The notes beneath the pieces were generated by a model. That model searched no databases. It was given only the letters and a program-made list of their open reading frames with translations, and was not told where the DNA came from. A program made the translations under genes and the position numbers. Positions 46,924-56,400 of a stretch of DNA of 64,000 nucleotides are shown piece by piece. The stretch covers positions 18,728 to 82,727 of the forward strand of contig JADGAQ010000001.1 in NCBI GenBank assembly GCA_015231925.1, given 5' to 3'. Position 1 is the first letter of the stretch; each line of letters opens with the position of its first letter. The stretch comes from Magnetococcales bacterium (GTDB lineage Bacteria; Pseudomonadota; Magnetococcia; Magnetococcales; JADGAQ01).

Positions 46924-47598
46924 TTACTGGGTCATCTTCCACCAAGCGGTGACGCCGACTTCGTTGTCATTTTCTTCCTGGGTGCGAGCGAAATCAGCTT
47001 CGGTACGGAAGTTGCCCGCGCTGTAGCCGATCTCACCGTCGATCAGGGAGTCCATGGTGCTGGCCAACTGGGGAGCCACATCCTGGATCTTCATCAGATT
47101 GCCGACCAAGTTGCCGCCGGAATTAGCCGCGCGCAAATTCTGGTAGATGAAGGAGACCAACAGGGTGTGGGGACGACCGGCGGTGTCATGATAGGTCAGA
47201 CGGGTACGACCCACGCCATCGGGAGCGCCACCGTCGCCCAGGGGAACCTTGATACCCCAGGAGTTCATCTCCCCGGAGAGGGTGGCCCCGGACCACTCGG
47301 AACCGTTGGTGCCGGTACGACCGCCGACTTTACCGGTGGGGGTGGTCTCGTTGTCGGCGAGAACCAGACCGGTACGCTCGTAGTACTGGTTGTAGGCCTG
47401 AGCCCACTGGCCGACGAACTTGTTGATGATCTGCTTGTAGTTGGCGTTCCGCTGCAGGTCCTTACCAACGGACAGGGCCGAAAGGATCAAGCCGATGATG
47501 ACCAGGACGATGGCCATTTCAACGAGCGTGAAACCCTTCTCGCGGCGAGTTTTGAGGACGGATTGGAATTTGTGCACCGTGTTGTCTCCCTTAATCAT
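46924..47598 (-). CDS. type IV pilin / pseudopilin-like protein with a long leader peptide
   Basis: The start is set at ATG 47598, giving leader MIKGDNTVHKFQSVLKTRREKG / FTLVEMAIVLVIIGLILSAL. This is the prepilin peptidase G/F site with Glu at +5. The mature part is about 202 aa and contains no cysteine. Confidence 0.85.
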   Translation of the reverse strand: MIKGDNTVHKFQSVLKTRREKGFTLVEMAIVLVIIGLILSALSVGKDLQRNANYKQIINKFVGQWAQAYNQYYERTGLVLADNETTPTGKVGGRTGTNGSEWSGATLSGEMNSWGIKVPLGDGGAPDGVGRTRLTYHDTAGRPHTLLVSFIYQNLRAANSGGNLVGNLMKIQDVAPQLASTMDSLIDGEIGYSAGNFRTEADFARTQEENDNEVGVTAWWKMTQ

Positions 47599-47636
47599 GT
47601 GAATCAGGATGGAGTTTGAAATTTCCCTATAATACA

Positions 47637-47659
47637 CCCTCATGCAACATGCATGAGGG
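47637..47659. promoter_or_regulatory. perfect 10-bp inverted repeat (candidate operator) just upstream of the pilin gene
   Basis: CCCTCATGCA-aca-TGCATGAGGG lies 39-61 nt upstream of pilin ATG 47598. On the minus strand it is immediately followed by GTGTATTATAGGG, a -10-like TATTAT with an upstream TG. Confidence 0.4.
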
Positions 47660-47806
47660 CAACAGGAAGCTGGATCTATTGTACGCCCTTATAGTGGGCT
47701 ATTTCGGCCCGAGCGTCAACCCCCGCATATAAGATCCCCCAATCGGGGGAGGAGGCCCGTTCCATTTCCCCGTTGCCGGGCTCTGGATTCACACCTTCTG
47801 ATAGGA

Positions 47807-47823
47807 TGGATCAGAATTTGCAT
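47807..47823 (+). promoter_or_regulatory. sigma-54-like -24/-12 element facing the 48103 operon
   Basis: In TGGATCAGAATTTGCAT, GG and GC are separated by 10 nt and there is a full TTGCA -12 box (consensus TGGCACG-n4-TTGCW). It lies about 280 nt upstream of ATG 48103. This is a single-site match, and no enhancer-binding protein gene is adjacent. Confidence 0.3.
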
Positions 47824-48102
47824 GTGAAGTGCCTGTTCCCTCGGGGCGAGCCGATATTGCAGTAGCTAATCCTATCAATACCATCAGTGGGTGAAGAAGG
47901 TCAATGGTTTGCGATTCCCCTGCTTTCGGGGCGGGGAACAAGAGGGCAAGGAGGTGGGAAAAAATTCACAAGCGCTTCGGTTGATCTTGATCACTGATCG
48001 AGGTAAAGTCATGCTCCATTGTAAAAAGTGCCGGATACCCGCGACGAGAGGTAGATCCATGCGGTTGAGCGGTTGCCATGGTGATAGGGGGATGGTCTTG
48101 TC

Positions 48103-48600
48103 ATGAAGATTTTATACCGGTTCCTGCTGCTGGTGCTGGCGGTGGTCGCTGGGGGGCTGATGCCCTTCCAGATGACGGATGGCGTCTCTGCTTACACCCG
48201 TTATCAAGAGGCGAAGAAGAAGCTGGAAGAATCACGGCGGATTCAAAGCGAAATGGCAGGGTATCGCAAGCGGGTGGAGGTCTACGGGGCCTTCTCCGAG
48301 CAGGTGCGCCAGTATTTGCAATCGGCACGTTCGGCAGGGGTGGATCCCGTGCATTGGAGCACCTACGCCGTGGATATTCGCGATCAGGCGATGAGTGTCG
48401 CTCAGATGCGGACGATTTTGGACAACGCCCGGCATGGTGGGAACTACTACTTCCAGCCGGTCACCTTCAGCATGGTGTCCCCCACCCTCCAGGGCATGGA
48501 TCCGAAACAGGCTGCCGCCCTGCAGAAGGCGGTACAGGGCGAAGTGGGTAACTCCGTGGTGGTCAATCTCAAAGGCTCCTATCTGGTGTATCGCAAATGA
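48103..48600 (+). CDS. small bitopic membrane protein with coiled coil (PilO-like architecture)
   Basis: 165 aa. It has an N-terminal TM helix (ILYRFLLLVLAVVAGGLMPF), a charged coiled-coil segment (YTRYQEAKKKLEESRRIQSEMAGYRKRVE) and a roughly 90-aa globular C-terminus. Its stop overlaps the next ATG. Confidence 0.5.
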   Translation: MKILYRFLLLVLAVVAGGLMPFQMTDGVSAYTRYQEAKKKLEESRRIQSEMAGYRKRVEVYGAFSEQVRQYLQSARSAGVDPVHWSTYAVDIRDQAMSVAQMRTILDNARHGGNYYFQPVTFSMVSPTLQGMDPKQAAALQKAVQGEVGNSVVVNLKGSYLVYRK

Positions 48601-50030
48601 ACAAATCGTTCCAGGATCACCTCCTCCTCGAATTGGACGGCAAGTCTTATCTCGTCGGTCGTCGCAAGGCCATACCCGTGGAGGATCTGTCACTGATCCA
48701 TGGCGACAAATGGTTCGTGACGGATTTTCAGGGGTGCCCACCGCGAACCATGGTGGTGGATGCCCCGGTGCGCTACGCCGAGGTCGTGCTGCGACGCAAA
48801 TTGCAGGATATCGGTGAAGCGGGCGCCTCCGCCAATGTTTTGACCCAGTGGAAACGTTCTCGGGGGCGGGGGACGACCGATATCGCCTACACCGTCGTGG
48901 AGCAGGAGCGTTTCGGTCCCTATCTGGACCGGGTGTATACGGATGCAAGCCACCACTTGGTCTTCTCGACCAACGCCATCCTCTACGGAATCCTGCGTCG
49001 ACTGGGACGGACCGAAAATCTGGCCGTGCTTTTCGAACACGATCGCCATGTCGACCTGATGGTTGGACGGAGCGGGAAGGTTTACGGGGCCAACCGGCTC
49101 TCTTCCTATTCCACCGACGAGGAAGCCCGGGCAACTCTTTCCCATTCGGCGGCGGACGAGATTCGCGGCATCATGAGCCGGAACAAGATCAAAGTCGACC
49201 GGTTGGTCTATTTCAACTGGTGGCCCTTCAAGGAAAAGAAGGAGTCAACCACCACCTCTGTCTCCCTTTCCGGTTTCGGTGACACCGATTCGGCCAAGGA
49301 CAACACCCAGAGCGGCTGGGCGGACACTTCCAAATCTCAGGATGTGGAAGAGGCTGCCTTGCTCGCTCCCGCCTGGGTCGTCAACCTCTCCGAAACGGTC
49401 GGCATTCCCCACCAGTTCCTCAAGGGGCAACGTCTGGATGTCGAGGAAGGCGAGGCCGTCATGACCTCCCTTCCCTCCGCCATGCGCTATCTTGAAGATT
49501 CCGACAGCGTCTCCGGCTGGATGAATATCGCCAGCTATCGTACCCAGCACATGATTCTTCCGATTCTGGCGGTGGCTTGGGTGCTGGTGACCATCCTGTT
49601 CTTCGGTCAGGCCTGGCTCAACAACGAAGCCGACGCCATGACCGCCGAATACGACAAGAGCGCCCGCGAAATCGCGGTGTTGGAATCGGTCAAGGCAGTG
49701 GGCAAGGAAGAGTTGGATGTGGTGGCCTTCTCCAAGCGACTGAGCGAAATTCGGGAAATTCCTCCCATCGGGCGGATTCTTTCCGATTTGACCAGTGCTC
49801 GTGAAGGGCGCATGTTCTTGGACAAGGTGGAGGTTTCGTTCGCCAATATGACCATGCCTACGGTTGAAGTTGTGGGGCGTGTCGTCGGTGGTTTTGACGA
49901 AACCAGCATGCACCACGGCAAGTTCCTCGCGAATCTTCGGGGGATGAAGTACGAAGTTGAGAAAAGCAACTTTGGTACAAACATACAGGAACTGAGTTTT
50001 CAATTGACGCTGAAGCGGAGTCCATCGTGA
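48597..50030 (+). CDS. PilM/PilN-fusion-like (MshI-like architecture) pilus assembly protein candidate
   Basis: 477 aa. It has a roughly 330-aa cytoplasmic part, a single TM helix (MILPILAVAWVLVTILFFGQAW) and a roughly 115-aa periplasmic coiled-coil plus alpha/beta part. The architecture, not sequence motifs, suggests PilM+PilN. It is 4-nt coupled on both sides. Confidence 0.45.
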   Translation: MNKSFQDHLLLELDGKSYLVGRRKAIPVEDLSLIHGDKWFVTDFQGCPPRTMVVDAPVRYAEVVLRRKLQDIGEAGASANVLTQWKRSRGRGTTDIAYTVVEQERFGPYLDRVYTDASHHLVFSTNAILYGILRRLGRTENLAVLFEHDRHVDLMVGRSGKVYGANRLSSYSTDEEARATLSHSAADEIRGIMSRNKIKVDRLVYFNWWPFKEKKESTTTSVSLSGFGDTDSAKDNTQSGWADTSKSQDVEEAALLAPAWVVNLSETVGIPHQFLKGQRLDVEEGEAVMTSLPSAMRYLEDSDSVSGWMNIASYRTQHMILPILAVAWVLVTILFFGQAWLNNEADAMTAEYDKSAREIAVLESVKAVGKEELDVVAFSKRLSEIREIPPIGRILSDLTSAREGRMFLDKVEVSFANMTMPTVEVVGRVVGGFDETSMHHGKFLANLRGMKYEVEKSNFGTNIQELSFQLTLKRSPS

Positions 50031-50836
50031 AACAAAAATATCTTGGACTTGTTTCGGTCTCGGTTTTGGGGCTGGGCATGGCGGGTATGATTGCCGTCAG
50101 CGGAGCAGACCTGGTTCCTCTCCTGATCGCCTTCCAAAAAAAGGCGGCACAGTCGGGAGTCGTGACAGGTTCGGCGCCGGGGGACCTTGCCAAAAAAATT
50201 CCCGCGATCGACCCGGTGGTGCAGGAGAGCATCCTGAAGTTGGCTCCCAATCTGTTGAGCTTGCGCAGTCCGAGCAAAAGCAGTCTGGGTGATATCAAAC
50301 TGCAGATGCTTGGCTATTCATCCGAAGCGGTGACAATGGACGAGGTAGCCATCAATACCCCGTCGGAGAGTTTTGATCGTCTGGTCATCACCATGGCTTT
50401 CGTATCCGGCGACAAGAAGTATGTCGTGCTGGATGGGCGCTTCTATCAGGAAGGCGACCAGATCGGGGAGTCCGGGGCCAGCATTCGCACCATCACGCCC
50501 GAGAAGGTGCTGCTGGCCGGTCGGGAAGTAAGGCAATGGATCAAGGTGCAGAATCCCATGGCCGAAGCCCCCAAAGGCAAGGCTGATAACTTGCAGAACG
50601 TCGATCCGGAACTGTTGCGTCAGCAACAGGCCGCCGCCGCCGCGCGGAATGCCACTCCTCAGCAGGGGGTTCCCAATCTGGGAGCGGGGGCTTTGGGGGG
50701 GCTCGGTGGCCTGGTGGGTTTGTCGAATGCCATGGGTGCGGCTGCCGGTGGTCAGGCGGCTCCTGCAGGAGGCAATCCCAAGGATGCCTTCCAGGGCCTG
50801 GGCACCATGATGAACCAGTTGCGTAGCGGGCAGTAG
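50027..50836 (+). CDS. PilP/GspC/MshK-like periplasmic protein candidate with Gly/Ala/Gln-rich tail
   Basis: 269 aa with an N-terminal TM/signal anchor (YLGLVSVSVLGLGMAGMIAVSG). The segment KKYVVLDGRFYQEGDQIGESGASIRTITPEKVLLAGREVRQWIKV resembles the small beta-domain of PilP/GspC/GspB-type proteins. The tail is low complexity (LGAGALGGLGGLVGLSNAMGAAAGGQAAPAGG). Confidence 0.45.
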   Translation: MKQKYLGLVSVSVLGLGMAGMIAVSGADLVPLLIAFQKKAAQSGVVTGSAPGDLAKKIPAIDPVVQESILKLAPNLLSLRSPSKSSLGDIKLQMLGYSSEAVTMDEVAINTPSESFDRLVITMAFVSGDKKYVVLDGRFYQEGDQIGESGASIRTITPEKVLLAGREVRQWIKVQNPMAEAPKGKADNLQNVDPELLRQQQAAAAARNATPQQGVPNLGAGALGGLGGLVGLSNAMGAAAGGQAAPAGGNPKDAFQGLGTMMNQLRSGQ

Positions 50837-51036
50837 CGTTCCGACGATATTGATCTGAGCGGCTTTCTGAACAGGGCTCGAATGGCCCAGTTCCGGAAGC
50901 CGGCAGATCAACCGGAACCGCCTGCCGGGATGGCCGGGAGGTTCCGCTCCGAGGAAGAGTCGAGCGTCAATACAGATCGGCAGGTGGGGAGAAAACCGCG
51001 ATCGGGCATTGGTTTCCGTTGAGTGGGGTTTGAAAC

Positions 51037-53415
51037 ATGGAACCAGTCCAGTTGCCTGCCAGATCCAGCCTACCCGTATCCGGCGACGATCTTCAGGAGA
51101 GGGAGTGGGTCAAACCGGGGGCCTGTCCCCTTGGTTTTGATGAAAAAGGGGCCCTCTGGCATCCGGATGATGTTGTTGAGTTGGCCTCTCGTGGTGAATG
51201 GAAGCGCCGGGGCCGTCACGTTCTCCACCATGCGGTCCCTCTCTTCAGCCCCTCCGATGTTGCCCGCCAAACGCCTTTGATTGCCGCGTGCGAAACCCTG
51301 GATGAAGCGGAATACCGGGTCTATCGTCTGCACCGGTTGGGAATCAAGACGGATCGGTGGCACAAAGCCATCCAGCGGTTGAAGTCCCATCTGTCTCGCG
51401 TGATGACCTCTCTCCAGGATATCCGACAGGTTGCCGCAACCCAGTCTGCCGTCGAAGCGGTGCTGCAAACCCGTGAGCGGCTGGCCCGGGAGGCAACGCA
51501 GCTCCGCCAGGAGGCCGCCTCGATCGGGGAGCCGCAGGCCTTTGTCCCCGAGGAATCCGAGTCCATAGGGGTTGACCGGCTGCTGTTACGTTTTCGTGAA
51601 GCCCGACTAGCCTCCGTTCTGAGCGAAAACAGCCTGGAGAACGACGAAATCGTCGTGGCCGCGGATCGGGAACTCGGGCTTCAAGAGGAACGGGATGCCC
51701 GCCTTCTGGGCTATTGGGAGTATTATGGCCGCTTCACTCGTTTGTACGAGAGCGGCCAGTTGGAAAAACGGGCGACCGAAGTCACCGGCGTCCGCTCCTT
51801 TCATTCACTCTTCCCGGCACGGGAACGACAACGGCATTTTCATCTGTTTCTGGGGCCCACCAATTCGGGAAAAACCTATCAAGCCCTGCAAAAACTGATT
51901 TCGGCCCGTAACGGCATTTATCTGGCTCCGTTGCGACTGCTGGCCCAGGAGGTTGCGGCGACCCTCAACGAGTGGGGCTTCCCCTGCGACATGATTACCG
52001 GGGAGGAGCAGATTCGCATGGAGGGTGCCCGTCATGTGGCTTCAACCATCGAAATGTTGCCATTGCATCGCTCCTTCGAGGTGTGTGTCATCGATGAAGC
52101 GCAGATGCTGGGGGACAGTCAGCGCGGCTGGGCCTGGACCCAGGCCATACTGGGCGTTCAGGCCGATCTGGTCTGTGTCGTCGGGGCGCCCGAATCGCGT
52201 CCTGTGCTGATGAAGTTGCTCGCCCTGACCGGTGAGACCTGGCAGGAGACCCTTCTGGAAAGAATGGTGCCTTTGGAAGTGCTGCCCCATCCGGTGGCCA
52301 CGTTCGCCGAGTTGCAGCCGGGAACGGCTCTGGTAGCCTTTTCCCGTTCCGCCGTACTGGATTTGAAACGGCGTATCGAAGCCAACACCCGGCGCCAGAC
52401 CGCAGTGGTCTACGGCGCCTTGCCTCCCGAGGTCAGGCGGGAGCAGGCGCGGCTTTTCGCCAGTGGCGAAGCCTCGTTTCTGGCCTCGACGGACGCCATC
52501 GGCATGGGTTTGAATCTGCCGATACGCACCCTGTTGTTTGCCCAGGATCGCAAGTTCATCGATCGTCAGGAGGTTCCCCTGACAGCGATGGAGATCCGGC
52601 AGATAGCCGGTCGGGCCGGTCGGTTCGGCAAAAACGAAGTGGGTTTCGTCGGCACCTTTCATCTGCCGGTGGAGCCTATTCGCAAGGGTCTGCAAGCCAA
52701 TCCCCCTCCGATTTCGCTGGCGCCCATGGCGCCCAATCTGGAACAGCTTCTGGCCTTGGCCGATGTGGAGGATCGCAAGGATCCCAGTCTGGCGCGGTTG
52801 TTGACCCTGTTTGTCCGCACGGTGCGACCGGACCCGGAGGTCTACCGCCTGTCCGATCTGGACGATCAGATTGCCCTGGCCCGGATGACCGACCGTTACC
52901 GGCAGCTCGATCTGTCGATTCGTTTCACGCTGTCGGCGGCGCCGGTTTCCCTGCGCAGCCTGGAAGCTGTCAGGGCTTTTCAAACCATGGTTCAAAGTGT
53001 GGCCCGGGGTAAACATCTGGCCTTGGAGGAGGTATTGCCCCGGGCTCTGCCGGGACCGGGTGAAATGCGTGGACTGGACCACCTGGAAGAGTCCATGCGT
53101 GTGGTGAACCTTTACTCCTGGTTACACTATCGGTTCAGTGACACCTTTCCGGAACTGGAGGAGGCGGCGTGGCTCCGGAAAGAGATCAACGGGGGTATAC
53201 TGCAGCGCCTGAAGCGTATGCGTTCCTCCGAGGCTTCCGGCAAGCCGGGAGGGGCCCGTTTCGGGGGATCGGGAAGCGGTGGGGGAAGAACGGAGGGAAA
53301 AGCTCGGCCCAAAGGGGCAGCCGAATCGGGTTCTCCGAAGGAGGCGACCTTCCGCCCCGGGCGCGCTCGGGGCAAAAACGGCTTTCGTACCCGCAGGACG
53401 CCGGGTTGTTCCTGA
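51037..53415 (+). CDS. SUV3-like superfamily-2 (RNA) helicase with about 260-aa N-terminal extension and basic C-terminal tail
   Basis: 792 aa. Motifs are Walker A FLGPTNSGKTYQALQKL, VIDEAQMLGD, VAFSRSAVLDLKRRIE and AVVYGALPPEVRREQARLFASGEASFLASTDAIGMGLNLPIRTLLF, which is very like the Suv3 family. The C-terminus is a Gly/Arg/Lys-rich tail. Confidence 0.75.
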   Translation: MEPVQLPARSSLPVSGDDLQEREWVKPGACPLGFDEKGALWHPDDVVELASRGEWKRRGRHVLHHAVPLFSPSDVARQTPLIAACETLDEAEYRVYRLHRLGIKTDRWHKAIQRLKSHLSRVMTSLQDIRQVAATQSAVEAVLQTRERLAREATQLRQEAASIGEPQAFVPEESESIGVDRLLLRFREARLASVLSENSLENDEIVVAADRELGLQEERDARLLGYWEYYGRFTRLYESGQLEKRATEVTGVRSFHSLFPARERQRHFHLFLGPTNSGKTYQALQKLISARNGIYLAPLRLLAQEVAATLNEWGFPCDMITGEEQIRMEGARHVASTIEMLPLHRSFEVCVIDEAQMLGDSQRGWAWTQAILGVQADLVCVVGAPESRPVLMKLLALTGETWQETLLERMVPLEVLPHPVATFAELQPGTALVAFSRSAVLDLKRRIEANTRRQTAVVYGALPPEVRREQARLFASGEASFLASTDAIGMGLNLPIRTLLFAQDRKFIDRQEVPLTAMEIRQIAGRAGRFGKNEVGFVGTFHLPVEPIRKGLQANPPPISLAPMAPNLEQLLALADVEDRKDPSLARLLTLFVRTVRPDPEVYRLSDLDDQIALARMTDRYRQLDLSIRFTLSAAPVSLRSLEAVRAFQTMVQSVARGKHLALEEVLPRALPGPGEMRGLDHLEESMRVVNLYSWLHYRFSDTFPELEEAAWLRKEINGGILQRLKRMRSSEASGKPGGARFGGSGSGGGRTEGKARPKGAAESGSPKEATFRPGRARGKNGFRTRRTPGCS

Positions 53416-53486
53416 AGAAAGCAATCTGCTAATATGCCCGTTCAAAAGAGACAATCAGCGAGGCTTTCCGGAAGGGTGGTCGAATC

Positions 53487-56400
53487 ATGAGTGGCAAGGA
53501 TCGGGAAACGGGCTTGGGTGGTGGTGCTGGTGGAAACCGGAACACCGGTGATGACGATGCCGTGACCATCCTGGGTAGTGGCTTGCGCCTGGTGCCGGCG
53601 GATGAACCCGACAAGAGCGGGATTGCCGAGGAGGAGGATGCACCGACGGTGCTGGGCCTTCTTGTCACGCCGCCACCTTCACCGGTGGACGACGAGGATG
53701 CCCCGACGGTGCTGGGCCTTCCTGTCATGCCGCCTCCTTCCTCGGTGGACGACGAGGATACCCCGACGGTGTTGAGCCGTCCGGTCCATACCGGGGGTGT
53801 CCGCTATGATCTGTCGGACTCTGGCCGGGGAAGTGCGCCTCAGGAAGAAGACGATGCAGCGACGGTGATGGCGGTCGTTCCTCCTGCAGCGCCCACCACC
53901 CGGCCAAAGGCCGTGGTCGACGAGGCGGCTACGGTATTGGCAGTTTCGCTACCTGGCGGGGGGAATGAGGCGACTCTCCTGGCAACAGGTGAAGCAACCA
54001 CCGAATCGGAGAAGACCTCCGCCACGGATGACACCGACGGTTCGGTTTTGAAACCGGCGGTGGTGGAGCATCCGGCGGACGCTTTGCCCATCGGACAGAT
54101 GCTGTTGTGGTACAAGATCGTCAAGGTGCTGGGCCAGGGTGGTTTTGGTATGACCTACAAGGCCCACGATACGCGACTCGACAATTATGTCGCCTTGAAG
54201 GAGTTCCTTCCGACCCAGTTGGCCAGCCGGCGGCCCGACAAAACGATTCAGGCAAAATCGTCGGAGGCCGAACCTCTGTTCATCAAAGGGCGGCAGCGCT
54301 TTCTTGACGAAGCCCGGACTCTGGCCAAGTTCAAACATCCCTCCCTGGTTCGGGTGACCACCTTCTTCGAAGAGTACAATACCGCCTACATGGCGATGGA
54401 GTTCGAGGACGGTGAATCGTTGGCCGCCTTGCTGAAAGCCAAGAAGACCCTGGACGAAAAGGAGTTGCTGGGGGTCATGATGCCCCTGATGCAGGGTATT
54501 CAGGTTTTGCACGAAGCCCAGTATATCCATCGGGACATCAAGCCGGATAATATCTTCATTCGGGCCAAGGACAACACCCCCGTGTTGTTGGACTTTGGTT
54601 CGGCCCGCAGGGCATCCGGGGAGGATGGCGGCCACATGACGGCCATGTTGACTCCCAACTACGCGCCGATGGAGCAGTATTTCGAGGATGCCAGCCGCCA
54701 GGGCCCCTGGACCGATATCTATGCCCTGGGTGCGGTGATGTATCGCTGTATCAGCGGACGCAAGCCCATCGGGGCGCCGCAACGCAGCAATGCCTTGATG
54801 CGGCAGCAGCCCGATCCCTTGAAGCCCGCATTGGAAATTGGACAGGGTCATTATTCCGAAGCGGTTCTCAAGGCTATTGATCTGGCCTTGCGGGTCATCG
54901 AGACGGAACGTCCCAAATCGATTCCGGACTGGTTGAAGGCGGTCCAATCGGAGAAGGGGGGCGAGGACAGCGACCTGATCTCCATGCTGGAGACGGCGGC
55001 GGGTGCCAAGACCACCCCACCGCAACGCATCGCGGTACTGGCGACGGGGGCGGTGGCCATTCTCGGCGCGGGTCTGTTTCTGTGGAACACCCTGGCGGTC
55101 AAACTGCCTTCCCCCGAGGAGGTGGCCCGCGAGAAGGCGGCTGTGGAGTTCAAAAGCCTTCAGGAAAAGAGCATCCAGGGAGACGGTCAGGCCATGCTGG
55201 ATCTGGCTGGTCGTTATCAGGAAGGTCGGGGTGTGGCCCAGGATCCCTTTCAGAGTCTGGAGTGGTACACCAAAGCGGCCCAGAAGGGCATGCAAGAGGC
55301 ACAGTATCGTCTGGGTCTGATCTACCTTCAGGGGTTGGGAACACCGCGCAGCTCCGTCAAGGCGGTGGAGTGGTTTCAGGCTGCGGCCAAACAGGGACAT
55401 GTCGAAAGCATGTTTCAGCTTGGCAAGGCGCTGGAAATGGGGGCCGGCGTCAAGGTGGACAACAAGGCGGCCCTGGATTGGCATCAGAAGGCTGCCGAGC
55501 TGGGCCATGTCGAGGCGGGGTACCGTATTGGCGTGGCCATGGAGCAGGGGCAGTTGATGCCTCAGGATCTCAAGGGCGCCTTCGATCGATTCGTCAAGGC
55601 GGCGGAGAAGGGTGTGCCCGAAGCCCAGTATCGCCTGGGCAGCATGTTTCGGGACGGGCGCGGGATTGAAGCCGATGCCGCCAATGCCACCCGCTATTTC
55701 CGTCGGGCCGCTGCCCAGGGGCACATGGAATCCCAGTTCATCCTGGCGCAACGCCTTTTCAAGGGTGAAGGCGGCAAAGCGGACCATATCGAGGCGGCGG
55801 ATTGGTTGCGCAAGGCGGCTGAGTCCGGCCATGCGGAGGCCCAGTTCGATTTGGGCCGTGCCTATGAAAAGGGTGATGGCGTTCCTCTGGATGGCATGGC
55901 GGCATTGAAGTGGTATTCCACGGCGGCTGAAAAAGGGTTTCTGAACGCCCAGTTGATGCTTGCCGGAAAGTTTTTGTATGGGGACGGTGTTCCGGAAGAC
56001 CACAAATCGGCTGCCAAATGGTTTCAAAAGGCGGCGGAGCAGGGCAACGCCATTGCCCAAACCAACCTGGCCAAGCTCTATCGACTGGGGCTTGGCGTGG
56101 ATGTCGATTACCACAATGCCTTGCGCTGGTTTTTGGAAGCCGCCAAGCAGGGTAATGCCGAGGCCCAGAACAGTCTGGGTTCCATGCTGGAGAATGGTCA
56201 AGGGGTGGACCAGGATCTGAAATCCTCCTTCATGTGGTATCAGAAGGCGGCGGACCAGGGTGAATCCAGCGCCATGTACAATCTGGGCTGGATGTACGAG
56301 GAGGGGCGCGGAGTCGATCGCAATATTCAGGAGGCGGCGAAATGGTACGCCAGGGCGGCCTCCAAAGGCCATTCCCGGGCCCAAAACAGCCTGGGATGGA

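Noticed and set aside
47891-48106. A 71-codon ORF (GTG start; internal MLHCKKCRIP..SGCHGD with a CxxC...CxH pattern) whose TGA overlaps the ATG of the 48103 gene.
   Set aside because: Its codon usage is poor for this genome (ata, aga, agg, tta-type codons). It has no convincing RBS, and the Cys pattern is minimal. It is kept only as a note, since a small zinc-ribbon regulator cannot be excluded without conservation data.
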